Source: Pocillopora damicornis (lineage: Eukaryota). From it: a stretch of DNA of 64,000 nt. Made by a program: the position numbers and the translations under genes. This document shows, one piece after another, positions 60,712-64,000 of this stretch. The notes under the pieces were generated by a model, which saw only the letters and a program-made list of their open reading frames with translations, did not search any database and was not told where the DNA came from. The stretch's first letter is position 1, and each line of letters begins with the position of its first letter. The stretch is taken from positions 186,001-250,000 of the forward strand of contig NW_020846475.1 of the NCBI RefSeq assembly GCF_003704095.1. Reading direction: 5' to 3'.

Positions 60712-63700
60712 AGCAGTTCTCAATAAGGAACTTTATATTACAGTATATCCTCCAATCTTTCTGTTAACCGCACTTAAAACACTCACACAAATTCAGACAC
60801 TTCAGACACGTGAAATTGATGCCTTAGTAGCCGCGCTTTCCAGGAACCCGCTGATCTGTTCACAGGCGCGACTCTTCTATGAACTCCCAGGACAATATTC
60901 CCGCGCCCGTTTGATCGTTCTCTTGTTAACATGTGTTTTTATATCGTTATGATTGAATTGTCGTGAAATTTTCCTCTTTTCACAGATAAAATGATTTTCA
61001 GGGCCTCAGGAATTTCTTTTATTACGTGGAGATTTGTTTTTGCAAAAATAGATTAGTGGGAGACGCTTTCACGCTTCTGGTAGCAAACTAACAGAGGATG
61101 AGTCTATCATCTCTTGAATAATGGTTATTAGTAGGTACTAAAACAGTGGATAAAGCTGAATGTGCACTCTGATTGGCTAAAAAACTTTGAATATCCTTTG
61201 CTATTCACCTCGGGGCATTTGTGCGAAGGATTTGCTCCCGAAAATATTGTAATCGTTGTAGGAATAAATGAGTTAAAATCATCTCAGTTTTGAGCTATAT
61301 TATCTTACTGTTTTAGTATGATATTCACCTCAGTGTAAGTGGCTAGGGGTGGATAATTAATAATATGGAGCAGGAAAAGCCGATAGAAAAAACGTTCATT
61401 CTCGTTCGTCCATTAGCCATTTAAACCATTCTAAACTGATCCACTTTCTTGTGCCATAAACAATTTTTACTTTCGATTATGTGACACTGAGATTATCCTA
61501 AATCGTGACACCACAGTTATCTAGTAAAAACCAAAACAAAAACAACAATAGAGAGACGGGAAGGAGGTCTATACACAAAAAGGAGAAAAGATGTTTCCGT
61601 CTAACGGAAATGTTGTAACAAAACATCATAGAACTGACAAGCATGAGGGGGNNNNNNNNNNTAGAAAGAGTAGAACTTTGGACCGTCCGTGTTTTTATCA
61701 AATGCAAATGCAGATGAATGATACTTGCTTCGCATTTGTATAAATAAAACTTAAAAATGGAAAAGCTATAGTCCACGAAAAATCAATGGCGTGTAAATCT
61801 GGGTAAAATTTGGCATTAACTTCCTCAAAAGCTAACAAATAAGCTAAAAATGTAAACATTTTTCACTCCAAGTTAAGTAAAATTTGAGGAAGCTCTGAAT
61901 GTTTTCAACAATATTTGTGTGATCGTGCGATCCTTAGACAACTTTTGTAGACGTTTTGTAGACATTTCAACCAGAAAATGTTGTGAAACACTGATGGAGA
62001 AAGTGCTTCCGAAACATCAAAAAGTTGTCAAGTCTCAGTTTAACGCACAAATTATCAACTGTCGACTCTGAGTTAATTCATGACCATTCATGGGAATTGT
62101 AAATTGAGCTCAGAGCACTCTGATGCCTTTAATAACCGGTATATAAAAGCTGCTTCTCAAGCTAAAAACTTGAGATCTCGAGTATCTCAGTACTTACAGG
62201 CTATATCATCACATGTACCAACTCTGCCACTTCGTTACGAACGATTTAAAATGTATTAGCCAGAACTAATATTAAATCTAAATGGTTCAGAGTGAATCTT
62301 ATTAGTTAAGGTGCCAATTTAACCTATAATCTGAACATTTCCGCTTTAGTATTGGTCTGACTCTTGATTAAAAGCGTCAAAGGTAAAAAAACCCAGAATT
62401 GACAAGTATTAGAACTTCAACCATTGAAGAAACGAGGTGAAAGTGATACTGTAATCTTAAATGACATTGCATTTTTTCTAACTCCACGCGCTTCTACTTC
62501 TCAAAGAAAAACCACTACCTCTAAAGGAAATACTATCGGTTTACCTAAAAGCAGTAAAGATCAAAGAAACACAATTGATTCTTTCCTAAACACCAGCAAA
62601 TAAGCTCGCTTTGGATCAAGAACTAGTGTCTGTGACAATTCGCTGCCTATGCAAACGAGCAACTCATAAATGTAGCCCTTTTCAGCCATATATCAGCATT
62701 CCGTCTTTCCTTTACAGGAAATATGGACTAGTTTACCTAAAAGCAGTAAAAACCAAGGAACACATTTTATTCAATCTTTAATAAAAGCAAGGAAGAACGC
62801 TTTGCAGGATCAGGTGACTATGTCATTCTAATGATTTCTATAGGAAAAGGCAACCCATTGAAAAAACGTTTCTCCGCCATGTTTCACCGTTTCCTCTCGC
62901 CTTTAGACGGTCTAAACCGTTATCATAAGTACGGTTCTTGAACAGCTTCAGGCGTCAGAAAGGCCCTATATATTTGACTAGTAATTAACGATAGCGTACG
63001 ATGATGACTCATGATTTAATTGGGAGGACTTTAATGGCACCCGAAAAGAAAATAATGCAAGAATTCAAAGTCTTTTTTTCCTAACTCAACACTGTTCACT
63101 CCGCCGAAAAGAAAAAAAAAAACAAGAAAAACAGATAGGAAGAAAACTTCAGCTCTGATTAAGGCAGGTGATGTTGACCGATTTTGTCACTACAGTGACG
63201 GGCGATGTTGTCACTATTTGAAGGGCGAATGGTGATCGCTAATGGTCCTAATGGCGAATGGTGATCGTTAGACAGGTGATGACCGAGAATCGATTTTAGC
63301 GGTCATTCAGAGAGGTTTATGCAAACTTTATGACCTTTTTCTATAAACGTGTGGGGAACAAATTATATAGAGGCCATATGCACAATTAATAACTGATATT
63401 GATTTCATAGGTAATTTGAGACCGATATAACTTAATGTTTAATACCTGATGCAAATAGCTTGCAACGGAAACGCCACTGAAGTGTTGCCATTAAAATGAT
63501 TAGGAATATTATCGATTAACGATACACCTCCCCTTAAGTAGAGGGTAGCTGAAAGCACCATTAGTGTTGCGATTGATGGTTGATTTCCTCGCTTTGAACA
63601 AGGATTTGAGCTGGTGTAGAAGGTGAGAAGGACAGGCTAACGTGTATTGCATCGAGTAGGGCTGTTTCGTGAGGTAATCATTTTGTAGACAGAAGTTCAG

Positions 63701-64000
63701 GACTTCAAGTCAAATGTTTTCTGGGACCTGATCTAAAATTGTGACCCTAACAGTTGCTCCAAGCTAAAATTTAGCTTTAAGTAACTGAAATCGATAATCG
63801 ATTATTCGTAAAAAAAAATTAGACAGATAGATGGTCAGTAACGAATGAGCTTGTTTGAAAAAAGGAAAAAAAAGAAAATTCAGGGCATTTTTTTTTAAAC
63901 AGAGATCGATACCCTAAAATATTGTCATGTCATCAAACAGTGGTTGCTTAAGAACCAGTCACGTTGTGACGTCGACCAAGCGTAACGAATTAAATTAAGA

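Noticed and set aside
61000-64000. Possible gene upstream of DDX18
   Set aside because: No convincing exons; only repeat relics and short local duplications (about 62526/62717 and 63224/63253)

Overview
Eukaryotic, AT-rich, intron-containing animal DNA. The repeat families and GPCR type suggest a stony coral or other anthozoan (inference). Left to right: the 3' 13 exons of CCT8 (+); a convergent ~20-exon gene (-) encoding a degenerate FYVE-like Zn finger, ankyrin repeats, a coiled coil and a canonical FYVE domain; a ~34-kb cluster of intronless class A GPCRs (6 intact, 2 full-length pseudogenes, 2 relics); and DDX18 (-), whose last intron is U12-type. The receptors lack C3.25 where counted, have a very short ECL2 and mostly end in a PDZ-type TKL motif. 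A three-exon, 112-aa membrane microprotein gene that the ORF track misses sits inside the cluster. A ~10-kb tandem segmental duplication copied part of the cluster plus the DDX18 3' end and gave rise to a chimeric receptor. Penelope-like relics, piggyBac-type and other MITEs, a SINE, a LINE fragment and several N-gaps are also present. Exon models were built by hand and need RNA-seq confirmation.
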